A program made the position numbers and the translations under genes. 64,000 nucleotides of DNA from Podarcis tiliguerta (taxonomy: Eukaryota): NCBI GenBank assembly GCA_965153285.1, contig OZ229115.1. One strand, 5' to 3'. The notes beneath the pieces were generated by a model that made no database searches, had not been told where the DNA came from, and saw only the letters and a program-made list of their open reading frames with translations. Below are positions 23,531 to 35,016 of the stretch, in pieces; position 1 is the first letter of the stretch; every line of letters starts with the position of its first letter.

Positions 23531-26500
23531 GTAGTATTTAATCCACATTTATGTGGCGTGTTTAGGGTGGCCACCCTTGTTATGGCAAAATACAGGGCGG
23601 CTTGATCTGGTGCTGAAGTGACTTCAAACCAATACAATCTATTTCAGACGAATAGGATGGCCCCCTCTGAAACTTTTCACACGTGCATACACACACGTGA
23701 ATTTGTAAACCTGGCTGTGCTTAAGCACATGACCTTTCGCACGCCCTTTCCAACACGTGCATTTGTAGAGGATCCGTAATTTAGAGGAGAGCGAGCTCAA
23801 ATACAGGGCGTAGCATTTTGCATGAAATATGGGACAGAGGGGTGGCAACCTGTGTGTGTTTGTGCCTCTGTGTGATGCTTGCAGGGCCGGATTTAGGTTT
23901 GATGAGGCCCTAAGCTACTGAAGGTAATGGGGCCCTTTATATGTTCAACCATCCTTTGTCAACAACAAATTGTCACTGTTTTTTGTGTTGAACATATGCT
24001 ATATGGTAATTTATGGACCTAATAGGTATCTAAAGCCACTTGCACATAACAAAATATGTATTTTATGTATTTTATTAAAGTAATTGTTGAACTGAAATAC
24101 AATGAAGAAGTATATTAATAGTGAAACAATTATTAAGCTCTCACTGTATGTAGGTTTTATTTTATTTTTTATCTTATATTTTGGAAATGTACATCCAAAT
24201 TTTTTTCTTTAAATTTTTTTGGGGCTCCCAAGAGGGTGGGGCCCTAAGCTATAGCTTGTTTAGCTTATACGTAAATCCGGCACTTCTAAGGTACAACTGT
24301 ATTTCTGTGTCTTCAGTGAGGCGTACTCCCCAGGTAAGCGTGCACAGTATTTTAGCCTGAATCAAGCAGGCCCTAGGGTGAGTCATGCCTGTGCTCAGGG
24401 CCAGCTGAAGACATTTAAGTACCTGAGGCGAACTATTAAGATGATGCTCCCACTTTCCAGGCCAGGCAAGAAGGGGACGTGAAGATCTACATCAGGGACA
24501 ACAGGAGAAGAAAGTTCTTCATTGGTATATGCTACCCTGTGGATCCTGCTGCCTGAGGTGATTGCCTCATGCTTGAGGCCGGCCCTGCTAGAGTAGCCAG
24601 ATTTGAACACAGTGTGGGGTCCCTGCAACTTTAATAGTTGTTCAGAAGAGGGGTGCTTCTGGCAGGTGTCCCTGCCATGCAAGCAATTTTTAAGGTGCAG
24701 AAAACCTGCCTTTTATATCTATGGGCCTCATCCAAGACATTCTGCTGCCTGAGGTGAATCCTTCCCTCCCCAAGTCAAGAGGTGGAGTACGCCAAAGCCA
24801 GTCATGTTATTATTTGGGCAACTGACGCAGAAAATCATACAAGCATCTCTCCCCTGTTCTGGCAGTAAAATACAATAATAAATGCATCACAGTTTGGTAC
24901 CCTTTCAGCTGCCTCTTGTGCTGCCTAATATTAGAGCCGGCACTGTGCATCTGACCACTCTGCTATCAGGTTTCCAGGAGAATTAATGAACTCCTTTTAG
25001 AGCTCAAGTCACTATCTAAATGCTTTTAATATATATGTATATATCTTATTTGAGACCTCACTCTTTGTTTAATGGGACTTGGTGCCAAGGGGCAGAACAA
25101 TCTGTACCCCACTTGCAATGGGCTGAGAAGGCTAAGCTAAATGGGCAGGAGTGCCATTGATGGGATATCCAGTAACAGTGTGGAAGGTCCCCAAATGGGG
25201 TATTGCTGGGCTTGAGCCAATCTCACTGCTGCTGTGCAACAGCATGAGGCCCAATCCAATTGTATGTTGCAATTGTACTGCCCCCTCTACCTCAGTCACT
25301 GTTTGCACCAGGGCTCTGAATGCAGTATTAGCTGTAGTGATCAGGTGGGATTGCTATGAGGAATTATAACAAATATAGAGTAAGCCATCTGTGTCAGCAA
25401 TGAAAGCATTGCGTTGACTGGATTTAAACTATTTTGCTATGATTCTTGATCAATCTACACCCCTGAATCCCTGTTTCATTTCTCTCTCTTCACAAGTCAC
25501 GTACACAGCCCACTTGCTTCGCCAGGCAGGCTCCTGGGTCATCAAAGATAATGGGCAGTTTCGTCGATGTAGCTTTCTTATATATTAATCTTAGGATGTT
25601 AATCTTAGGGCCGGGAAACAGGTTTCACATTAAGGTGATAACGGTCACTGTCCTCCTGGCCATCTTTCTTATCATGTGTACTGATTGTTTATGACCTCCG
25701 GGGTTGCTGTATTTGCTCCTTTGTAGTTTTTCATTCATTTACTCCAGAGTATGCATGCCTGAAGGGACGCGGGGGGCGCTGTGGGTAAAACCTCAGTGCC
25801 TAGGACTTGCCGATCGTATGGTCGGTGGTTCAAATCCCCGCGGCGGGGTGAGCTCCCGTCGTTCGGTCCCAGCTCCTGCCCGCCTAGCAGTTCGAAAGCA
25901 CTCTTAAGTGCAAGTAGATAAATAGGGACCGCTTTATAGCGGGAAGGTAAACGGCGTTTCCGTGTGCTGCGCTGGTGCTGGCTCACCAGCTGCAGCTTCG
26001 TCATGCTGGCCACGTGACCCGGAAGTGTCTTCGGATGGCGCAGGCTCACGGCCTCTTAAGCGAGTTGAGCACGCAACCCCAGAGTCGGACACGACTGGCC
26101 CGTACGGGCAGGGGTACCTTTATTTTTATGCATGCCTAACTAGTGTTTGTAGTTTAACTTTGTCCCCACTTGAGGTTTGTTTGAATGCTCTGATTGGTTC
26201 TTACGAGCACTGTGTAAAGGATTCTTTTGCTAATAAAATAGCCTGGTGAGGGGTGTGGTGGACGGACGCCCTCCGAGAGCCTTGCTGATCAAAGCCTCGT
26301 GTCTTATTTTAATCAGGGTCCAATCCTTCCTTTGGCCTCAGAACGCAACAATTAGCCATGCAAGCAGCAGGAGTGAGGGTTGAGTTACAACTTTAATATG
26401 CAGGTTGTTTCACTGTGGGTTTTTGACACTTCAAAATGAAAAGATTCCATTGGAAGTGGGGTGACAAGTTAGAAAGTTCTTCAGTTTTTTCCTGTGTAAG

Positions 26501-29500
26501 GTGGGGTTGCCCTCCACTGCAGCATGTGGCAAGGAAGGATATAAATGTAATTATGATATCAGTTGCATGAAATTCTCTGATAAACTGCTCTTGGCAGGAG
26601 TAAATGATTGAAGTGCTGTATAAAAATACTTAGATAAATTCACTTCTCCCCAAGCCACTTACCATGACTGCTGTGTAGTGTCCCTAGCCTCTGTTTTTCT
26701 CTAGATTATAGCACAATTTTTGAGAAGACCCAATCACAGGAACACACCTCTTGTTCCAGGTGGCTTAAGAGGTTAAGGCTGTGGCTTTAATAGCATATAC
26801 AGTGGTACCTCGGGTTAAGAACTTAATTCGTTCCGGAGGTCCGTTCTTAACCTGAAACTGTTCTTAACCTGAAGCACTACTTTAGCTAATGGGGCCTCCC
26901 GCTGCTGCCGTGCCACCGGAGCCCGATTTCTGTTCTTATCCTGAAGCAAAGTTCTTAACCCGGGGTACTATTTCTGGGTTAGCGGAGTCTGTAACCTGAA
27001 GCGTCTGTAACCCAAGGTACCACTGTATAGAGACTTTTGGCAAGTACATTTGACGTGCAGTGGTGAAAAGCACATGCACATGTTGAAATTCCCTCTTTTG
27101 ACTGACTCCAGTAAAATATACTCTTATGTGTATTATCATCACAGTGCTCTACAAATGGGTGTCATATTAATTCTTACATGGAAGTTCCTTTTCAGAAATT
27201 TAGTATATGATGTGAACCTTGGTGCAGTGGGGAAATTGAAGTTAGGGCCAGATGAAATGAATAGTAGGTATCTGGGTCTGACTTAGAGTTTCCTAGTTTC
27301 TCATTGAAGTCTTTTGTCTCTGATTTCCAGGCAGAGCTAGGTTTTCTGCTGGCTCTGATGCTTTCAAAAATTATTCTTTTTCATTTTTGAAGTACCTAAA
27401 AGTATCCAAAGGCTATACACAGAGTAAAGCAAAGACAGTCTGAGCCCACAAGCTCAAAAACAAACACAAAAACAAAAAAGACACAACACAAAAACAAAAA
27501 AGGGGGAAACAGTTCAGGGGAAGAACATGCCAAATGGCAGCTGGTCTCTTAGCTGAACTGATAGCCCTCTTTCTGTGCTGCAGTCAAGTGCCAAAAATTG
27601 TTAGGTTCCCTTGTCCCCCAGGTTGATGCCGGTTTCAAACCAGGTTCATTTCGTTTGCGGGATGTATCGGCTTTTGCTGGATTATTTCCAGGTTACTTAA
27701 CTGATAGAGACCATTTCTATGGCCTTGAGCTTTTCTTGATTTCAAGTCATGATTTGTTCAGCACTGAAAATGTTTTGGAGTCAGGTCTTAATGCCTGGGA
27801 CATCAGTGTATGTATTCATTGTGGTAGTACATCACCACATAATTGTCTCCATAGAAGAAGAATGCACACTTTGCAAAAATTAATGAAATAAATCTATGGC
27901 AGGCACTCATTTTTAAGAGAGTCACTATCTTCTGAGCATCCTCAGAGCAGGGCTGTTCTGTTACTTTTGTCTGTGCCATCCATTTCAGAACGTGCTTTTC
28001 CTTTCTTTTTGTGCTCAGAGCAGCTGATTCCTACCTTAATTTTCCAAAACTGTCATCGGTTTTGAAAAATTTAAATTGATGCTTGCAGCGCTGATATCAA
28101 TTTGTATGTATAAAGTACTTTATATAGTAAAGAGATTATTATTTTTTGCCAAATAGCAGGAGGGATGCATAAAGAGCAGAGTCAGAGATATAAAGGTACT
28201 TTGTAAGTCTAATGTCTGTTTTATCCATGTGTAATGAGATGTGCTGGGGCATTTTTTCTTTTCTGAAAAGCTATTTCTGCTTTCTACATGATAGCTGCAA
28301 CACTATCAGGGTTTTTCAGTGTGAATACAAAAATATGTAAAACTCGGTATTATACAAGCGGCCTGCCCCATTTTCTCTGATTTGAACACCGGCCAATATC
28401 TTGGGCTGTGGAAGAAAAGACACGTCATATTATTCTGACTTGCATAAGTCATGCAGCCGATTATTGCTTTCCAAGATGCCGTTTGGTCATTACATGACTA
28501 GATATCATTCTTGTAGTTTATGTCACATTCTCTCCCCCCCCCCCACAAATCTCTCATTAAAAACATATGTTTATGCATCATTTTTTCTGTCTGAGAAGAC
28601 CAAGTATAATAAAACTTAGAAATGAATATGATAGCTAGATGACACACCTTCCACATGACCTTGAAGTGTGCTTTGTCCTCTTATCTAGTGCATCTGGGCC
28701 ACAGCTATTGACAGTATCTTGGATTAAATGCATTTTCCCCCCTCTGTGAAGAGGTTTGCTCATGTTTGTTGATCTGTTTGGCATATTTTGGAGCTGTTTA
28801 TTCTGCAAACACTTCTTTGCAGCACATCAGTGTAACGCAGTGTGAAGAAATTCTGTTTATTTGAATTAAGTTGTAATGGGTATTGTGTAATGTGTTCTGA
28901 CATTTGTATCGTATTGTGCATTGTAATGTATTCGATGTAGGAAGTTTTCTGTCTGGTCTGGTGAAAACTAGTTTTAACTTTTGCATGGGGCCTTAACTGA
29001 CAGCCGAGAGAGAATCCTTAGTATTCTGGAGGGAGGGAGGGAGAGTATGCATATTTTGTTTGCTGGGTGCAAGCTTGGAATTTTCAGTTAGACAGTGGAA
29101 TTGGATGGAGCTGGACTTGAGTGGCCAGAATAAATGTTTACAATGCTTTGTGCGTGTGTATATATAAATGGCTGGGTGCTGGTCAGCAGTTAGTTAATTG
29201 AAAATTGGGGTGGGCTGGAGACTTGGAGTTAAGGGTGGTCTGTGACAGCAGAGGAAGGGGGTCAGGGAAGAAGACATGAGGGACAGGTGGAATGCCTTGT
29301 TGGCTGATAACTTGCTGTGGGTAGCTGAATCACTTGGCTTAGGCTGAGGAGGAAAAGGGAGAACCTGAATGTTGGTGACTGGCAGGAGAGGGCAGATTTC
29401 CAGGGCAATGCAGCAAAACAAATCTCTTCAATAGGTCAGTAAAGGGTTGGATGAAGAGGCTTCCAACAGTCCTCAGTTATAGTGTTAACTGGGGTGGAGA

Positions 29501-32367
29501 GAGTACAAAAACAATTCGGCTAAAGGGCTTTAATCATAAACTCTAGAGATAGAAGGGACCATGAGGGTCATCTATTCCAACCCCCTGCAATGCAAGAGTC
29601 TCTTTTGCCCAATGTGGGGCTTGAACCCACAACCCTGAGATTAAGAGTCTCTTACTAAGTATAATCTAAAGATAAAGGGCTATTTTTGAAGTAACCAGAA
29701 AAACTTTTGCACTTAATAATCGTATAATAAATAAATGTAATTATCTCTGTTAATTATCTGTATCTGACTGGCTTTGTACCATGCCTGTACCCCACAGTTA
29801 TGGAATATTGGTAAGCTAAGGGTTCAAAGGAAATAAATGAGACTGAATGGTGGCAGGGCCTGGGTTTAGAATTTGCCATTGACATGGGATTTAGGTTTTG
29901 TCATTTTTGAGTAAGTAAGAAAATGCCCCCTTCCCTCAACAGACAGCTTCATCTGTTCACAGTATATACTCAGGACTTTTGGGTTGATATGTGAAAGAGC
30001 TGGAGCTTAGACATGTTTTTGCTCAGGGATAGGTTTCTGATTGTATCTTAACTCAGTGACTCTGTTGGAATGGATATGAAGAACAAAAAGAGTTTGCATT
30101 TTAAAATGTAATGTCTTCCTCTACAACACTGGTAATAAAAAATGTCTGTTCAATGGAAGTGTTGTTTACACTCTAGGAATAATTTCACTGTACTTCTGTA
30201 CTCTTGCAGATTTCTGATCCAGTGACCTGCGATGAAATGTTTGAGAGTTTAGCCAAAATCCATACCAATTACTATAAAAACAAGGTAAGTCCTATCACTG
30301 TGACCAGGTACCCAGTGTTAGAATCTGACAGCTGCCTCTGGGATGTGTTTTGTAATCCTGATACTAAGATTTATCTATACTAAGATTTATCTGATTTATC
30401 TTTAGCAGGGGAAGCCAACATGGCACCTTCTAGATGTTGTTTGACTCCAGCTCCCATCAGCCCTAGCCAGCATGTCCAATAAAATCATAGAATTGTAAAG
30501 TTGGAAGGGACCACAAGGGTCATCTAGTCCAACCCCCTAATAATTATCCCATTATCAGGGTTAATGGGAGTTGAAGTCCAATAACATCCAGAGGGCACCA
30601 TATTATCTACCACAGTGTCTTTGCTTTTTCTTGAGCAAGCCAGTTCACCTTTTACTGTGTAAATTGGAGTGGCAAACCTGTGGCTCTCCTAGTGTTAAGC
30701 CTACAATTGCCCCAATCAGTTGCTACTGGCTATGCTTGCTGGGGTTGATGGGAGTTGTAGTCATTCATTCATATATATATGAATGAAACAGCAGTGAGCA
30801 TGTTCATGCTATAGCATTTAGGAAATTTACTTCAGCATACAATTTTGATGCCATATGAGAAGAAAGATTAAGAGAACATTGTTCTCAGGGGAAGCAGGAG
30901 GCTGCTATATTTATATATATATTTCTTTTTGTTTGCATAGTATCCACGTTTGAAAGATACAAGCTTTACTGGCGTGACAGTTGAAGAATGCAAGCTAGTC
31001 CTTGCAACAGGTATTTGAGCAAACTATACTTTATCCATTTACTGTTCTGTTTCTGGTTGGCTAAAACGATTCAGCTGCCCTTCACATCCCCCCCTGCTTT
31101 GTGCACAGGAGTTTCCTCCCTCCATCCATCCCATAAATAGCCTTCCCATGAGCAAAACATTATGCAAAAGCTGTTTGTAATGCATCAATTGTATTCAGTC
31201 TTTAATGTTAGTGCTAAGAGTAACACGTTACTTGAGGAATGTGGCACACTATGATAAATGGATTTTGTGTCCCAAAAAGTTGAGCTTAGTCTAGAAAATA
31301 GATGCAAGTGGGACCTGCAATTTCCCGCTCCCTAACAGCTGTTCAAGGCGCCAGCCATTCCTTCTCTTGGAAGCTGCATGGGCTGCCAAGGAGGGGTGCT
31401 GCCTCTTGGTTTTTATACAATAAAAATTTGTACTATTGAATACTTCAGGGTCCACCTGACCATGCTAATACTGCTCTCTTGCTGCTCATCAGCCCTGTTT
31501 TGCCTCCAATCCTTTCAGTACAGAATTAGGGTTTTCACTGTTTAATTGCCCTGCATTTGAGACACACAAGTCTGAAGAAGGGAGTCTGTGTTCCCAGAGC
31601 TTATGAGCCTCAAATTAAGACTCCCGGTCACTCCCACAATAGACATCAGTAATCAACTGATTTTGTTGCTTTCTATTCATCCTGCATTTGTGGTTTCTGC
31701 TTGGGAACAAGAAATACGATAGTCTAAATTAACCTGTGTAGAAGCTGCTTTCTCTGCTTGGTTTCACTTTTTACAGTTCAAGAGTTTTCTATTATACTAT
31801 GATTTATCTAAGCTAACTGTATCGAGACAAACAGCCTTTATAGAAACAGTAAATTTAAACATTCCTGAAGTGTCCTGAAGCTAAATAGCAGTCTTATGTT
31901 CTGGCTGCAGTGCATAGAAAATGCTAGTCTTTGCTGGCTCCACATGTACTGTTCTAAGGAGAGCAGGTCTGCCCCGGGCAGCAAAACATAAACTTATTGA
32001 GATGGAAACGAATGATTGTTTCACACCTTATGGTTTTTAGAGTGTACTTTAAATGGAGTGGTTGGACATGATTAATGTGAGTGTTCAGGCATGTGAACTG
32101 CACAGGCACATGCGCCAGGGAACTAGGACTGGCTGTGGCTTTCTGTCACATGTATACATGATGGCAAACATGCATCTATCACCATGTTACTGTTTAAGCA
32201 GCCTCTTATCAAGAAAATTGTTTTTATAATGAAAACCCTATTATTATTTTTTGTCTTTTCCTCTTAATGCAGCTAGCTTGAAGCAGATGGAAGAAGCAAA
32301 GAAAGGAAAATGGACAAAGTTACGTGAGAAATTTTCTGCCAAGAATCCTGAAGAAGATTCCAAATGA
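23321..32367 (+). CDS. UQCC2: Ubiquinol-cytochrome c reductase complex assembly factor 2 (MNF1/M19), complete spliced CDS: 23321-23458, 30210-30284, 30941-31010, 32273-32367 (378 nt, 125 aa)
   Basis: [29 protein letters not shown]-terminus; GT-AG boundaries; 138+75+70+95 nt in frame; synteny. Confidence 0.96.
23882..24284. mobile_element. hAT-like MITE
   Basis: TIR CAGGGCCGGATTTA ... TAAATCCGGCACT. Confidence 0.7.
24396..24587. mobile_element. hAT-like MITE (related copy at about 24722-24945)
   Basis: CAGGGCCAGC ... GCCGGCCCTG termini, internal GCTGCCTGAGG repeats. Confidence 0.55.
25764..26126 (+). mobile_element. Sauria-type SINE, full length
   Basis: tRNA-like head GGGACGCG..GGCGCTGTGG / GGTTCAAATCC, ACCTTT tail, target duplication TATGCATGCCT on both sides. 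Confidence 0.85.
26800..27025. mobile_element. Tigger/pogo-like MITE, family A
   Basis: TIRs and TA target duplication. Confidence 0.9.
29533..29652 (-). mobile_element. tRNA-Lys-derived SINE, second copy (5' truncated)
   Basis: reverse complement matches the 15333 element. Confidence 0.7.
30210..30284 (+). CDS. UQCC2: UQCC2 exon 2 ([25 protein letters not shown])
   Basis: ttgcag| ... AAG|gtaagt. Confidence 0.94.
30941..31010 (+). CDS. UQCC2: UQCC2 exon 3 ([23 protein letters not shown])
   Basis: catag| ... CAG|gtattt. Confidence 0.94.
32273..32367 (+). CDS. UQCC2: UQCC2 exon 4 ([31 protein letters not shown])
   Basis: pyrimidine tract plus tgcag|, phase 1, TGA stop. Confidence 0.92.
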
Positions 32368-33189
32368 TAACTTTGTGACACTAGCCAATTTTCCTAAAGC
32401 TCTATATTTTGCCTCCTTGAAACTGAGGTTTGTTTGTTTCATTTGCTTACCTAGGATGATGTCGGACTTTTTAAAGCAAAGAGATCTGGTTTTGACATCT
32501 CATCTCAGAACCATTTCTATCTCAGGGAACAATGCTTCAGTATTGGGTGAAGCTATTGATTTATAGGAAGATGTTAGAAAGCCTTTAAATATATTGATGT
32601 GGTTGCCACTCTTTGGCATATCTAGGTGTTTGCATGGTCTTTAGGGAAAGGCGATATGCTGTTGAACACAGCTGGTATGCAGTTGATATGCTGGGACATC
32701 ACTGAATTGTATTTCATGGCTTTTTAGAATTCAGAATATTCCCAAACAAATACAGGCACTATAGCATACAGATGTGTGGTCTTGTGTGTTTTACTGGAAT
32801 GCCACCACTTATTCAAGGAAGGCACAACTGCCATATGTTGGTGCAGCAGAGCACTCATTTTCAAGCTATTTGTTCTGTAGAATACCAGTTTTTGCTGTTA
32901 AAAAATGGGCAATAGTAGACAAGTTTCTAAAAACAAATGGTTCACCATAATCTCCCCCTGCAGTACAAGCAGCTTCTGTTCTCATCTAGAATGAGAAAAC
33001 AGTTAGGGCCAGTAGATATTCCAGCATTCTGTGCAAACATGGAATTCACCCTAGAATGAGCCTAGGAACACCCTGGAATCTTGTGGCAAGATTAGTCGGG
33101 CTAGTCAGAGCATTTCATGAAAACCTACCGAAAAGGATATGTATGAAATATTTGCTTAAATAGCTTCAGTATCAAGCAGAATCCAACTA

Positions 33190-33431
33190 CAGTGGTACCT
33201 TGGGTTTCATACGCTTCAGGTTACATACGCTTCAGGTTACAGACTCCGCTAACCCAGAAATAGTGCTTCAGGTTAAGAGCTTTGCTTCAGGATGAGAACA
33301 GAAATCGTGCTCCAGCTGCACGGCAGCAGCAGGAGGCCCCATTAGCTAAAGTGGTGCTTCAGGTTAAGAACAGTTTCAGGTTAAGTACGGACCTCCGGAA
33401 CGAATTAAGTACTTAACCCGAGGTACCACTG
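33190..33431. mobile_element. Tigger/pogo-like MITE, family A, between the UQCC2 and ITPR3 3' ends
   Basis: TIRs and TA target duplication. Confidence 0.9.
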
Positions 33432-33535
33432 TAATCCAACAGATCTTTAAAAAATCTGCTCAGTCATATTAATGTCCGACAAGTTTGTAGCTTTACCAAC
33501 AAGCATATCAAGAGGTGATTCCTTCTCCCTTCCAT

Positions 33536-33541
33536 TTTATT
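33536..33541 (-). terminator. ITPR3 polyadenylation signal candidate
   Basis: AATAAA on the minus strand after an AT-rich UTR-like segment, about 1.4 kb past the stop. Confidence 0.6.
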
Positions 33542-34947
33542 GTATTTGGTTCTGTTTGTGTTAACTTAAGGAAGTTACCACATTAAAACTTAAAACAATA
33601 TTTGTAAAATATTCCAGAGCAAGACAAATTGCAAAGCTGCACTCTTGATTAATGAAATCTTTTCCCCGCCCTTCAACCTGCACTGTAATATGTACCCTCA
33701 AGGAACACCTTGCTTGGGTCAGAAAGGAATGGAAAAGCATATGGAGGCTGGAACAAGGAACTGTCATCATCTCTCCCTAATCATCTCCCTCTAGCGGCCA
33801 CTCTCAGAGTTAGACAAACCTGTACCTAATGTCCTTTGTTTTATTTACAGTTGAGTTGTAGCCTGGCTGTTGAAGTTGAACTTGCAATGCTTCTAAATGG
33901 TTGGGGAAATACTCTGGGGCAGTGTATGTTGATTAGGGAAATTCTAAAACAGTCTTTTGCAGTGTGGTGCCCTCCAGTTCACACCAGCCCCAGCCAGCAT
34001 AGCAGGGCTGATAGAGGTGTAGTTAATTTACATCTCAGGACTTTTATAATGCACTCTTTTTTCCTCTCCATCTTTCTCCCCAAACCTGCTTTCTTACACT
34101 AACTAACTAATGACCCTTCAATGTCCATTCTGATGATAGTTGAAATATTACTGCTACCTTGCATTAGTCAACTGAAATAATCCAGTTCTACCACCTTTTA
34201 ACCTTCCCAGAAGCAGGCTAATGCCCAAGTCCCTAACCTATTGTGTGGGCAAGAGGGAGAAGAGATTGCTCTTTCACAGTGCAGCACAAACATGCAATCT
34301 TCCGCTAACGCTGATAAAAGTCTCTCCATGGAACAAAATGCCATTGCATTTCTCAACAATGGAATCTGCCGCTCATCTTCAGTCGAAGTGTTAAGCTAAT
34401 AGTAGATTTTCTTAGTTTCTTCTTGGGTTAGATAGGATTCTAGAGATGAAGAAAAATGCCAGTGACTCCAGGAAAACTGAGATGACAAGCTTGTAAAGAG
34501 AGATCCATGTATGTTGAATTTCATGGACTCTGTTAAAATAAGTTAAAATATAGCAACTACTACTTGCTAGTAACAGTGTCAATCCTATTTGCACCTGGCT
34601 GCGAAGCCATCAAAATGTAGTGCATGGAGACAGATAACCCATGTTATAGCAACAGAGCTATCATAAGGAGCAGCAAAGCTCCCAAATGTATGGTAAACTA
34701 TGAATCCGCACAAAGCGACAAATCATACTAGTTGTCAGCTTCAGGTCTCTCTCTTGAATAAAATGCAATCAGCCCTACTGGAGATGAACAGAAGGTGGTG
34801 CCGGAATGCCAAAATATGAATCATCATGACATGAATCGGCTTTCTTTGATGGATGAGATCTGTGCTGGCAACCTAGTACCAAATATCCTTCTCAGGAAGT
34901 GCATATGTAAAGTAGAGTTTTAGCTTGGTGAAGTTGATTCTGCTGTC

Positions 34948-35016
34948 TCAGTGGTTCAGACTGTTCTGGACATCCACAAAGCCCATCCGCTGCCTTCGCT
35001 TCCTTTGCTCTGTCAT
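34948..35016 (-). CDS. ITPR3: ITPR3 final coding exon ([22 protein letters not shown])
   Basis: ccag| acceptor, TGA stop. Confidence 0.95.
   Translation of the reverse strand: MTEQRKRRQRMGFVDVQNSLNH

Noticed and set aside
23194-23637. 147-aa antisense ORF over UQCC2 exon 1
   Set aside because: Expected from GC-rich CpG island sequence; no recognisable homology
28320-28420. Minus-strand acceptor plus short ORF suggesting a nested gene
   Set aside because: About 29 codons, no partner exons found; the end resembles a degenerate DNA transposon terminus
32273-32277. Alternative UQCC2 exon 4 acceptor (ctag)
   Set aside because: Shifts the frame and gives an immediate TGA
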